A stretch of 64,000 nt of DNA, from NCBI GenBank assembly GCA_043228905.1, contig JBHGNT010000014.1:1054001-1118000 (forward strand), read 5' to 3'. Positions 37,691 to 50,800 of the stretch are shown in pieces (position 1 is the first letter of the stretch; each line of letters starts with the position of its first letter). The DNA is from Azolla caroliniana. Lineage: Eukaryota > Plantae > Polypodiophyta. Position numbers and translations under genes: made by a program. The notes under the pieces were generated by a model. The model worked only from the letters and a program-made list of their open reading frames with translations. It had not been told where the DNA came from and searched no databases.

Positions 37691-38521
37691 ATACCTTGGG
37701 TCTAAACATGAGAGATTTACTTCATCCACAAAGAGTGAACAATTTCTTTGACGTGTTGTGTTGAAGGCGATGATTAATTCTCTTTATATAACTAAACTTT
37801 GAGGCTCCAATCCACCACATGTCCTAGAAGAGTCAATTCCCACTTATCTTACTCTTAAAACCTTTACAATTAGGCTTTAAAATTGTTTCATAAAGCTATG
37901 CTTGTGGCAAATATCCATCATGCTCACACATGTCTACCAATCTGGCACATGAAATGTACATACTATATGTCTATAAAATATGTGCATGCATACTAGTACA
38001 ATTATTGTAATTACTCAAATGTCATATAATAATACTAAAGTAAGTCAAAATACCTTGGGTCTAAAACATGAGAGATTTACCTCATTGACAAAGAGTGAAC
38101 AATTTCTTTGGCGTGTTGTGTTGAAGGCGATGATTAGTCCTCTTTATATAACAACTCTGAGGTTCCAATCCACCACATGTCCTAGAAGAGTCAATTCCCA
38201 CTTATCTTACTCTTAGAACCTTTACAATTAGGCTTTAAAATTGTTTCATAAAGCTAAACTAAACTCTAAGGCTCCAATCCACCACACGTCCTAGAAGAGT
38301 CAATTCCCACTTATCTTACTCGTAGAACCTTTACAATTAGGCTTTAAAATTGTTTCATAAAGCTATGCTTGTGACAAATATCCATCATGCTCAAACATGT
38401 CTACCAATCTAGCACATGAAATATACATACTATATGTCTATAAAATATGGGCATGCATACTAGTACAATTATTGTAATTGCTCAAATGCCATATAATAAT
38501 AATAATAAAGTAGGTCAAAAT
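37691..38521. repeat. Tandem duplication of about 360 bp; the second copy has an extra internal duplication of about 115 bp
   Basis: ATACCTTGGGTCTAAA at 37691 and 38050; TCCAATCCACCACAYGTCCTAGAAGAG occurs three times. Confidence 0.88.
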
Positions 38522-40499
38522 ATTACAATTTTCTAATGTTAAGCATTTTCCTATTGAGAATAAAAACACGACTACTTAATAGGTCATTTCTTATAGGAAT
38601 TTGTACATATGAGTTTAATGAAAATAAAATTGAGGGATGCAATTTGTTTAATTTTCGACCTTGTCAAATGTGTACTTTTTTTCCAAGATGTTGAAAAAAT
38701 GGATGGCAAGATTGTCCCTAAGGACCCTACATATGCTTGTGATTGGATGGCATGATGGGGTTGTCCATTCTTAGTTTCTCAACATTGATTTGTATCAGTT
38801 CTATAGTGATGATCTTTATTAGTAAAAAGAAGCTTTCGGTGATATCAATGTCTAACTGCGTTCAAAGCTTGCTAGTTGTGTCTTGAGGCTTGTTGAAAAA
38901 TAACAGGTTTTGTTAGGCAGACATTTGTTGTTATGTGGATAGTGATTGCCCCACCTTTCTTTATCTAAGGTCACAAACAATAGCCAAATCTAAATGAAAG
39001 CAACATGTAAATAATCGAGTATCTATAGATACTTAAGCGTGTACATAGATTGATTCACCTAACTGATGGGAAGCAGTTTCCTCTTGGAAAATAAAGAATG
39101 AAAAATTTCCCTCATTTATCTCTAAAAAGATTCTCTCTACAAATACAATTTCCCTCTCTAGAGTATAGGTTGTGCTTTATGGTTACATGTTCAACCGAGT
39201 TCATTCATTAGATTTCAATGCGATAACAACCCAAAGCAAGCGTTTTGAATGGCACAATGGTTTGCTATAATTCCACTCCTAAATTCCTAAAACACAACAA
39301 AAGTTTACTATTAGATTTGTGTGGGAGTGAGGAATCACAAAATAGAAGCACAAACAAGAGTGACGAAGTAGATCACACGAAGAAGAAGAAAGAGGATAGT
39401 CGGAAGAGATCTTTATTCACTATGATGAACAACGTTTTTGTAAGTATGAGTGAAGCGAGAGCTATATATGAAATAATGAAACCGTAACTTCCATGAGTAT
39501 TATGTACTACCACATATATGAGTATATCATATACTTGTGGTTACATGGGAAAAAACCTCTAGCCAGCTCTAGAGTAAAAAGTACCCATGTATAGGGAAAT
39601 GCTTCACATCAAAGTTATTCGAGGGACACATAAGTGTAACAAAATCTTTGTGTAACTTCAAATAGTTGGTGCTACACCGAGTATACGTGTAAAACTTGGC
39701 TAGAGTTATGCCTTCTCTTCCAAAGTTGTATGGAAGACTAGATCAATGCCTCTCCTTATTGTTGGAAAGATGGGTAAGAGTGATCACCAATGGCTCTTAT
39801 GCTATGCATGAATGTGTGAATGATTTGAACAAAACCCTCACTTTCTCAACAAACTAGCTTCTTAATTAAGGACGGATGGTGCTAGAGCTCTACCCACCCC
39901 ATCATATCCACTATTGTTTGACTACTCTAGATATTGGGTGATGTGTTTTACCTGGAGAATGAGAAATGGGTTCTTGTTTGATGGATTTCATGGGGGCATC
40001 ACAACGATTCCCTAGGTTGAAAGTAAAGTCAATTTGGCAAATTTCACAAATATGTTGTATGGGGATGTTGTTTGAAGACGAGGTAGATTTATGTCATCTA
40101 GTATTAGAACACTTGAGAAGATTTACCTTGGCATATCACTATTAATGAAGTAGTGGTGATAGGAAGGGTTGTATTATCATCTTGTTTTAATAATAAACAT
40201 AGATTTACGAAAATAAAAAGGGAGAGTATATTATAGTCCTTGGAGGTCAAGTAACTAATGGAACCAAAAGTGAAATATTTTTATATAGCACGTGTAGGAT
40301 TGAGTAGTGATTCTCGATGTTTAAGAGTTGTAATAAATTATAATAAATATTGTCATGAACATGTGTGAAAATGAGAGCAGGGCCACTTGAAGCTGTGCAT
40401 GCAATTCAATACATGTATGCTCTTGATTATCATGTGTCTCAGTATAATAAAATAAAATAAAATTTGCACTTCTTGTCACAGTCGTGAATGTATGTGTAT

Positions 40500-40874
40500 C
40501 ATAGTTGTTAAAAAACACGTATTCTACGTTTTAGAACTGTCGTTTTTAAAAATTTGACGTATTCAACGTATTTAACAAGTATTTATCATTTCAAAAAATA
40601 TTTTCTTATTTTGAAAAAAAAACTTTAAATTTAAGAAGTATTTAACGTATTTTACAAATATTCTACATGTATTCTAAGTATTCTAAACGTATTCTACATG
40701 TATTCTAAGTATTCTAAACGTATTCTACATGTATTCTAAGTATTTAACGTATTTAACGTACTTTATCTATAAAATACGTATTCTAAGTATTTAAAAAAAT
40801 AAAGTTAGAATACTTGTAGAATACTTAGAATACGTATTGTACGCGTATTTTTTGCTAAGTATTTTACAACAATG
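40500..40874. mobile_element. hAT-type MITE (375 bp)
   Basis: 8-bp TSD ATGTGTAT; imperfect TIRs CATAGTTGTTAAAA / TTTTACAACAATG; internal GTATTCTA repeats in both orientations. Confidence 0.82.
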
Positions 40875-41059
40875 ATGTGTATGCATGGGTGAGTACACAT
40901 GTGTTTGTAAATATGAACTTGTATGTGTATTTGTGTGAAGGAGTGTGAAAAAATGTATATTTATGCATAAGTGTAGTTATAAGAATGGTTATGCACATGT
41001 GTAAATGTGTGTAGGTGCAAATGTGTATGTGTATTTTTGGAAGTGTGCATAGATGTGAG

Positions 41060-42422
41060 TCTCTAAGGGGTTCAATGCGATTCTAACGGTGGTCAATCGA
41101 TACACGAAGATGGCTCATTTCTTGCCATGTACTAAGGAGATCTCCAGTGAAGACACTGCCGAAATTGTCATGCGTGAAGTATGTCGGCATCATGGACTTC
41201 CCGATAGTATCATCAGCGACCGTGGACCCCAGTTCGTGTCAAAATTCTAGAAGCACCTTTTTAACATGCTCAAGGTCTCTTGTAACCTCTCCTCCGGCTA
41301 CCACCCACAAACCGACGGCCAAGCTGAACGAACAAATCAAACGCTGGAGCAGTATCTGCGGTGCTTTCTCAGTTATCATCAGGACGACTGGGCAGATATT
41401 CTCCACTTCGCCGAATTTGCCTATAACAACTCTATCCACACATCCACTAAAGTTACGCCATTTTATGCTTATATGGGATGTCATCCCCGGTGGAGTGTAC
41501 TTGAAACCCCAGAGGTGTCCACAAATCCGTGCGCGGAGGATCGTTTGGAGCGGTTACGCAAGATACAAGCGGATTTATCTACTCATCTCCAGCAAGCTCA
41601 ACAAACACACAAGGTCTACGCGGATCGTCATCGACTTCCATCCAGTTTTAATATTGGAGATCGAGTGTGGCTGCTACGACGACACATCAAGACTACTCAC
41701 CCATGTGAGAAGTTGGATTATCGGCGATTAGGTCCTTTTCGTATTTTCTGACAGATTAATGATGTCGCTTTTCATCTCGATCTACCTCCTCAACTTCGGA
41801 TACATCCAGTGTTTCATAGTTCTCTCCTTGAACCCTACCACGAGAGCACCATCCCAGGACGTCTTATCCAACCTCCACCCCCGATCGAGCTTGAAGATGG
41901 GCCGGAGTACGAGGTTGCCGCCATCCTTGATTCCAAGATTGTTCGCAACAAGCTCTACTATCTAGTCGATTGGCTAGGCTATAGTCCCAACGAACGTACT
42001 TGGGAACCGATCGAGAATGTGACCAATGCTCGTGCTCTTCTTGAAGACTTCCATCGTCAATATCCACACAAACCGGGTCCTCAATCCAAGACGACTCGTG
42101 ACACTAGTCGTTTTAAAGGGGGGATAGTGTCATGATATGGCAAGACTCGAACCCATGACCTTAGGTTATATGGGTCGAGCTCTTTACCATTAGACCATCT
42201 ATTGGAATACGTAGGATATTATTTTCATTTACATTTTATTATAGGAAATTAGTGTATATTCCAGATTTCTCTGGGACATTCTAGAAGCTTCAAGATTACT
42301 CCTGAAAACACTATAAAAGAGGGCACTAGGCATTATGTTGAACCAAATTGGTTCAACGCCAGTCTTAAGCCTTTTAGCCACCATTGTATATTCTCTTCAT
42401 ATAATACATATCTTTCTTATCA

Positions 42423-42484
<62 letters not shown>

Positions 42485-42588
42485 GTCTCGCTCACTCCTT
42501 CCTTCTCTCGAAGAAGTTCTACACCTCTCATAGTACTAATCCTTCGTTTAGTACTAATTCCTTCTCTGTCTCAGTATTGTTCCTGACA
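41060..42588 (+). mobile_element. 5'-truncated chromovirus Gypsy L: integrase, chromodomain and 3' LTR (42128-42588)
   Basis: SDRGPQF, YHPQTDGQAER, LGPF, YEVAAILDS..YYLVDWLGY..TWEP; PPT AAAGGGGGGATAG. Confidence 0.92.
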
Positions 42589-44325
42589 GCTCCTCGGCCA
42601 TATGAGCGGCGGCAGTTACTTGGGCGTGCGTGAGGAAATCCATTAACTCATATGTTATGCCCAGTCGAAGTAGTGCACTGAACTCATATGCCTCTGCGGG
42701 AAGATCTTTGTAACCGAGGACTTCCTCCTCTGATATCTGTGTGGTTTGTCCATGCTCGATCCTTCCGACTTGGAGCCATGACTCCGCTAATACCATGGTC
42801 GTGGAGGTTGGGCTGGCCTCTTTTGATTTCTGATGATGGTCACCCTCAGTTCTTGTGGTTGACTCACGAATGATGCGGCGTCGTTTTGGCGGCTGATCCT
42901 GCGTGTCTGGGGCCGATGGTGTTGACTCCTCAACTTGTTTCCTCTTTTGTTGTCGTATGGCCGAGGGCTACTAGCTTGTGGGCCGTGGGCTCGGTTGTGG
43001 AGAGGTCATTGATATCCTTGGCGTTTTCTGGCGTATGGTTACATCCTCGGTGATGGGCTCCTCGGCTTCATCCCATTCGACACGGGTCGTTGTTAACGCC
43101 CGTTCTTTCTGTGTTTTTGGTGGGGGTGGTGGGGGTGGTGCCGAGGCGGAAGTAGGGTTCCGAACGGCTGAGGGAGGTGGAGAAGGCGAGTAGGGAAACC
43201 GAAGGAGGTGGGTAGAGGACTATGAGGAAGTGATTAATCACAGGCAACAAACGCTGACCGGTTTGAAAAGATTCGAGCGCCGCACGAACTCCTTCGCCGG
43301 TGATGATTCCCCAATCGATTTTGTCGCCTTCATACGCCGGGATGATGATAGCAGCTTTGTTCTGTGGCATACTCATGGGATTGGTATGCACAAAGGCGTA
43401 TTCCATCAAAATCCGAGTGATCTCCCCAAAAGCTTTGTTTGGCCCTCCGTAAGTGCGGTAAGCTTTACATCCCAAAATATTCCTTGATGATCGAGTGGGG
43501 AGGGATTTCGACCTCATGGTCTCCGCCCAACGCAAAGTCCAAAGCCGCGCCAATCATGTTGTTGGATACTGTATCAGGGTGGATTCTGCGTGCTATCGAT
43601 GGGGCGTCTGGGTGCGCTGGAGCGTCGATGACCCGCAAGTACCCACCCAATCCTCGTTGTTGTAGCCAAGAACGGGTTTCCTGCGATGCGGTGAGAGGCA
43701 TTGTGGGTGCAAAGGTTTGCTGGCAGGAGGCGTGGGAGGAAGCGATGAGACGAGGGCGAGACAGAGAGTTGGGGGAACGTTGTTGGTCTATGCAAGGGCT
43801 ACGAGGGCGAGAGGTAGGGGTCCATTTGCAGGGGCGATGAGAACGAGATAGAGCTGCGGAGCTTGTAGATGGTGAAGGCAAGAACGCATCTGAGTGAGTG
43901 GGCGCGTTGTGTGTGAGGTAGTTTCTTTTATGAGACTGCCTAGGGTTTTGTGCAAGGAGAAGATCTTTGAGATTCCTAGTTGTGGCTACCATAATAAGGT
44001 ATTATGGCCACACGTCCCAGGAGTGCTAGTCTGGTGTGCATGCTTCTTAAATATTCTATTTTAAAGTGGATGTGACTAGTTGGTGAACCTAAAAAAATCT
44101 CGTGATTTGGGGTGATTAGTCAGGTAATTCTAGGTAATACTAATTTAACTACTAAAAATCATTCCTACTATATACATTTGGTGGGTAGGTCATGATTTTA
44201 CCGATGGGGACACGTGGCCTAGTTTGAGGCGTCGTCCGGGAGCTGGTCCGTGTCGTCGGTCTCGGCAAAAGGATTAACTGGGGTCGTCCCGAGGTCCCGA
44301 GGGCTCCACTATGTTTAAAGAGGTT
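42589..44325 (-). pseudogene. TE remnant with a decayed accessory ORF (possibly plant-mobile-domain-like)
   Basis: WLQQRGLGGYL...IIKEYFG, then AYEGDKIDWGII...HFLIVLYPPP, then a Pro-rich region; family is inference. Confidence 0.45.
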
Positions 44326-45808
44326 GTATCACATGTGTTCACAAACCTTTTATAAACCCCTTATACATATATTTTTTACTATTTTAGATACCCTTCTATG
44401 AAAAAATAGCTAATAAAAATAACCCTTAGTATGAATATATATTTTGACAACAACCTCATTTTAAATGCCCTTACATAGAAGATATATGTATGTTTTATAA
44501 ATCGGTGTATGTATGTGTTGTGTGTATGTATGTATGTGTTATTTGTGCATGTGTTTGTTCATATGTATGTATTGTATTCCATGTTTATTTATGTACGTAT
44601 TATATTGTATGTGTTGTATATCCTAGTTGTATGACATGTGTATGTATCTATGGGTCATGTGTATGTGTGTGTAGTGGGAAGGCATCCATTTGCACCTAAA
44701 TTATAAATATTCTTTTACTAATAAAGACTCATGACTTAATTATTTGGTTTGATAGATATTCTATATTTAAACTTTATGAAATTTCATCAACAATCATCAT
44801 CAATATGCCATCACTACAAGAAGTTCCTTCAAATGCTCAATAATTTCTCACATCACAACATTATTTAACAAGGAAGAGATTAATATATGACTAATTCAAT
44901 ATGCAAAGCTTATTAAGCAATATATGTGCTACATGGGTCAAGCCACATTTGACATATATATCAATCACAGTATTGGCTATATAACATCTCTTTGTAGTAC
45001 ACCTTTAACTTAGAGTATATCGTTTACAACAAACAAACACATGTAAAACCAACTTGCTATAATAATGAAATACCCAGGGTTCAAATAATGTTTCAAACAA
45101 ACAATGATTCATTATATGAGAGGAAAGTAATGACAACAATTCCATATTACAATACATACAATTATTTACAACAAGTAGAAATCAGGACCGTGCATTCTCA
45201 TAATGATGTAGCATATTTTACAACAATAAAATAACATTTTATTGGGATATATACCTACATTTACACATTACATCCATGAATATAGCGCCATTAGTTCTGC
45301 GTTTTCTTCTTCGGGGTCATTCCAGAGCAATAAAATGATGTACATATTCCAATAAAATGTTTTTTTATTGTTGTAAACTCATCCAAATTAGATCCTAAGT
45401 GTTGGAATTATTACTGGTCTTTTCATGGTTGTAGATTTCATGTTGGTGACTTCTTCAGTTTCAGCCTCCTTCCATCAGGAGACTCCCCTCGAGGAAGCAC
45501 TTGTTTTCTTGTTGGATATGCTTTACTCCTTGGAAAAAGATATTATCATGACAAATGCTTTCTTTCTTTGTAACTATAAAGGAAATCTAGTTGTTAGCAG
45601 ACATCATCTCTAGATTTTTAATTGAAGGAAAATGATTTCACTACATTAATTGTTTCAAAAATCAAGGGAACTCTACACGAAGAATGTGAATTGTGAGGTT
45701 GTATAGCAAATACACAACAAATACAAAAATTAACATGGAAAAAAAAAACATGAGGGAATGTTGCAAACGCATGTGTGCATGCATACAAACACAACCATGC
45801 ATATGCAA

Positions 45809-45839
<31 letters not shown>

Positions 45840-46431
45840 ATACACAATACACAATACAAACATGGTTAAAAACTAATATGATATTAAACCAAGAACCAAG
45901 AACAAAACATGGATTCAACCAAATAGACATGACCCCACCTGAACCGGAGATCGATGAAGAATTACGGGCTAGAAGAGCTTAGGGCTCTTGAGTTTGAAGG
46001 AGCACAATTTCGAGATGAGGGAGACAGTCGAGGAGGCGGTAGTGGGGCTTGTGATGACCACACTGCAATCGACCCGGACAACACAAGTGCCCAAGGTCAT
46101 TGCCCTGAGGCAGCCAAGAGGGTGGAGTTGAGAGAGGAGGAGATGGCGGTGCGAGTGAGATGTCTGAGCCCTCCCTCCATGGCGCCTTCTCTCTCTCTCT
46201 CACTAATTGTACAAATTCAAGCTAACTTCACATTTATTCTCCCCACATTAGATCATTGCCCATATGAATCAAGAGTACTTTTAAATGATGGAAACAAACG
46301 AAAGGGCTTCCTACAACACAACTTACACAACTTCAAAATCAATGCCCTTGATACAAATTCCATTTTGTAAGCAATGAATGTGTGATGTATGTTTAGTTGA
46401 TTCACATTCAGTCATGAAAATGTTTTCTAAC

Positions 46432-46969
46432 TTTTCATTCAGTATCTTGATATGCTGATAGTTTCTCGAATGCACAAAAGCGCTTGCAAAGCTTCTCCAA
46501 TGTTGCCGGTGAGTGTTGCATTTATTCAACTTCAAGTTCCTTGACATTGCCTGGTAATCTTCACTGTGCTTGGATATTAATTGGATCATGTAAATTCTTT
46601 GCACCTTTGTAAGTCATTGTATAGGAGCATGATCACCATCTCATCTTTTCTTCCCTAGGGCAGATTTCAAATCATCACTTTTGACATCGCTACCATCATC
46701 AACAATCATATCTTGAACTCCATTAGGAACTTGCAAACTCTTTGAGATCATTGTGTCCCTCGTACTCGATCAAGCACCCAAGAAGTTAGGCAAGATCCCT
46801 AATGACTTATAATTCCACAAAAGGCTTGCATGCCCATCCCATTTAATGCCAGCTATTACTGCTTTTGGAGGTACGAAGTTGTAGGTTTGGGTTTGAAGGT
46901 CTTTTCCTGTGGCATTCCCACTTTCGCTTTAGGTTTCGATTTCTTGAACGAACGCCTCGATCTTGCCAT
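46432..46969 (-). pseudogene. NOP16: Intronless, disabled copy of nucleolar protein 16 (ribosome biogenesis)
   Basis: MARSRRSFKKSKPKAKVGMP / KWDGHASLLWNYKSLG / DDLKSALGKKR*DG..APIQ*LTKVQR / EDYQAMSRNLKLN / QHSPATLEKLCKRF matches recalled plant Nop16; at least 3 stops and 2 frameshifts. Confidence 0.85.
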
Positions 46970-47008
46970 GGCTACCTTGTTTCTGTTTCTCTGCAAAAAA
47001 CCTTTAGA

Positions 47009-47050
<42 letters not shown>

Positions 47051-47808
47051 CTCCGTTTCCTCTCTATCTCTCCCTTCTTTCCCCACATCCAATCCCCTAC
47101 CCCTTTCTTTCCTTCTTTCCTTCTTTCTCTCTTTCTCTCTTTCCCCCCTTTCTTCTTTTCCCTCCACATTTTTTCTAAAACATAACACACATATTTGTAA
47201 TCTCCCTCCATTTCTTCCCCCATTTTTTTAAAACAACTACGTCGATTGTATGTATTGTATGTATGGCATGTGTGTATGTGCTATGTGTGTATGTATGTTG
47301 TATATATGTATGTGTTGTGTGTGTATATATATGTACATATTGTATTGTATTGTATGTATGGCATGTGTGTATGTATGTACATATTGTATTGTGTGTATGG
47401 CATGTGAGTATGTAAGTATGTGTTATGTGCTTGTGTGTATGTTCTATGTATGTATTGTATTGTATGGATGGATATATGGATGTAATTTTGTAACATTTAT
47501 ACATGTATCATGGAAGGCATGTGTACATATATACGTGTAACAATGGACGGATGTATATATATATATATGCACATGTATTTGTCTATGTATATTTTCAAGG
47601 AATGGTGTATGTTTGTAAAATTGATACATCATTGTAGGCATAGTGTGTATATACGTGTAGCAATTTATGAATGAATATATGTATATCCATATACGAATGT
47701 ACATATGTGTATGCATATATGCATATGTAATGAATGTATGCATGTGTATGGATGTATGTTTGTAAAATTTATATGTATATCACTGTAGGCATATGTACGT
47801 ATATACGT

Positions 47809-50800
47809 TGTCGCGTTGTTACGCGCGTGCGTGGAGAAGGGCGGAACCACGGGGGTCTCGGACTAAGGAGAAGGGGAGAAGGAATAGGACTTCGGAATGG
47901 AGCTTAGCACAAGAAGAGGAAGAATGAACAAGATATATTAGAAACGAAAACCGATTACAAAATGGCGGCCGCGTAGGCCGCACCGAACGACTATGATAAA
48001 CCCGAAACCCTAATCCGACGAAGAAGAAAAGAAACCCTAACTAAGGAACCCTAAACGAAATGGTATACCTTACTCACACTCAAAAATAAGGCAACCCCCA
48101 CAATGGTGCTCTTCCTCTCCCTTTATAGCACAAGGAGGGAAGACCGTTACATAAAAGGGTGCTACAAAATATCCCCTTTCAATCAATGGGGATATTTCCC
48201 TTGATTTTAGGGGAGGTGGGAAGGATGGGTCTTAACTCCCACCTCTACACGAACTACTATGTACCTATCTCTCTCTCTCACGTGGATGTGCGCGCAAAAG
48301 CACATCACCTTTACACTTTACAAATCCTATGGTGCATTTCTAGCACCATACTTATCACTATCGATAAATAGAAATACAACATGTTGATGTGCAACGTTGC
48401 ACATCGCGGGTTTGCTTGCTTCGCTCGGTTTTCCGCCTATGGACGAAAATCTTCACGACATCCGCCCCCACCTAACCGCACATCCACCGGTATGTGCCAA
48501 AAGGGGAACAAAACGCGAGATTTTCGGCCAAGGCGGCCAACCGAGCCCTTGACAACCTCGTGGGCTTGCCCGGCTTTGTCTTCCACTTCGAGCAAGTCCA
48601 CCCCGTCCACACGAACCACCGTCACCTTCCGGCCCACCATCTCCGCCGAATGGTCTCGAACCGTCGGCTCCATCCGATTCGCCACATCCACCGTGTTTTC
48701 TCGAACCACCGTCTACATCCGGACCGCCGTTTCCGATGCCCGCGCTTTCTTCCCCGATCGGTCCTCCCGAACGCCGTTGCCGACCCGGTTGCTCTTCTTT
48801 TGTCTGCCTCGTATAGCCTCCGGATGCTCTCCCGATCTCTCCGGCTGCACGCCGGATTCCGCCTTTCCCGTGCCGCACACCTCGGCGTGCCGACTCTTCT
48901 CGCTCCGCGCTTGCCTTCCGTAGGCTTCCCCGTACGTCGGTGTCGTCCTCCGAATGCGTGCTCGTGCTTCGGTCCTTCGATGACCCCATCACGCATTTTT
49001 CGCCTTCCCTTTGCTTGCCGTGCTCTCTCGCCGTAGAGCATACCATCGTTCCCGTGCTCGTTGCTTGGCCCTCATGCGACCGCATTGCACGTTTCGCATT
49101 CCGCTCCTCTTCGCGTACCCTTTCGGAAAGGTACCTTTCTTCCCCGACCTCCGTTTCGCTCGGAGGAACACCCTCTTGGCCCTCTTGGCCCGCTCGACCG
49201 CACACATCCTTCGTGATGTCGTGTTCGTTCTTTTGGGCGCATACATCTTCGTTCTCCGCGACATTTTGTTTGCCCGCCTTGCCGCCGCCACCGCCCGTCG
49301 TTCTAGGTCTCGTGCCGGCACTCGGGCCGACCGCCGAAGCCTCTAGGGCCGGTGTGTGGAAGGTCGCGGCACCACCGCTCGCCTCCTCTCCGCTCGATGT
49401 TTTGGGCCGCCGTGCCCCGAATCTTCCGCCCACTTTCGAAGTGGCGCTCTCCGCTTTGTAGTCACCGGCCTCATCCTTGGCCGTCCATTCGCCGCAAGAC
49501 GAGAGGGTTGCTCGCTCCGCACCCTCTCCCATGTCGTCGTCGTTTCGGTTGCCCGCCTTGCCGCCGCCACCGTCCGTCACTCTAGGCCTCTCGCCGGCTC
49601 TCGGGCCGGGTGCCGGAGTCTCTAGGACCGGTGTGTGGAAGGTCGCGACACCACCACTCCTCTCGTCCGTAGCCACCTCCATTCGGACATCGTCGTCCGT
49701 GGCTACCCCGTCTTCGGTTTCGCAAGCATCGAGTATGCTTGCCGCCGCCTCTTCTTCGCCGGTCTCGTCCTCATCGCGGTTGTCCGCCTTGCCGCCGCCA
49801 CCGTCCGTAGCTCTAGGTCTCGTGCCGGCACTCGGGCCGACCGCCGAAGCCTCTAGGGCCGGTGTGTGGAAGTTCGCGACACCATCGCTCGTTTCGTCTT
49901 CCTCCTCCATTTCGCAAGCCTCGAGTATGCTCGCGAAATCCTCGTAGAACGTTTCGGGCAACCGCGTCCCGAAACTTCCGCCCACTCTCGAAGTGGCGTC
50001 CATCGCTCCGTAGATATCGGCCTCGTCCATGGCCGTTCTTTTTCCCCGAGATGAGAGGGTCGCTTGCTCCGCACCTTCTCTCGTGTCGACGCCGTGGTCG
50101 CCCGCCTTGCCACCGCCACCGCCTTTCACCATAGGTCTTACGCGGGCACTCGGGCCGGCCGCCGTGATCTCTAGGAATGACGCGTGTAAGGTCGCGGGAC
50201 CGCCGCTCGTCGATGTAATGTCCGTAGCCACCTCCGCTCGGACGTCGTTGTCCGTGGCTACCCCGCCTCCGTATATGCAAGCATCGGTTATGCTTGCCGC
50301 CGCCTCTTCCGCGGTCTCCTTACCGTTGTCTCGGTTGCCCGCCTTGCCGCCACCACCGTTCTTCTCCCTCGGTCTCACGCGGGCGCTCGGGCCGGCCGCC
50401 GTGGTCTCTTGAACCGGTGCGTGGAAGGTTGCGGTACCGCCGCTTGTCTCCTCCGTACTCGATGATTCGGGCCACCGTGTCCCGAATCCGCCATGTCCGC
50501 TCGAATAGGCGATCGCCGCCTCACCGTCCCCGACCTCGTCCCCGGTCGTTCTTTTCCCCCATGTCGAGAGGGCGGTTCGCTCCGCACCCTCTCCCGTGGT
50601 ACCGATGTACCATTCTCTTTCGGCCTCCGCATAGGCCCCGTCCTCCGTGTGTGAGGAAGCTCCTTCCTCCGCGTCCTCCGATCCGCTCGGGCCCGACCCC
50701 GCAATAAGCCATTCTTCGGCTTCGATTTTCGCCATTACGAGCCCGCACGCCTCCCGTATTAGCGCTTGTAGGTCGAGCCCCTCCAAACCGGTTCGCGATG

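Noticed and set aside
39006-39851. Possible solo LTR ending CTTTCTCAACA
   Set aside because: The end looks LTR-like, but I could not fix the other boundary or a TSD.
12330-42205. LTR tRNA-like units as genuine tRNA genes
   Set aside because: Anticodon arms do not pair convincingly and acceptor stems are mostly incomplete; reported as tRNA-like cassettes only.
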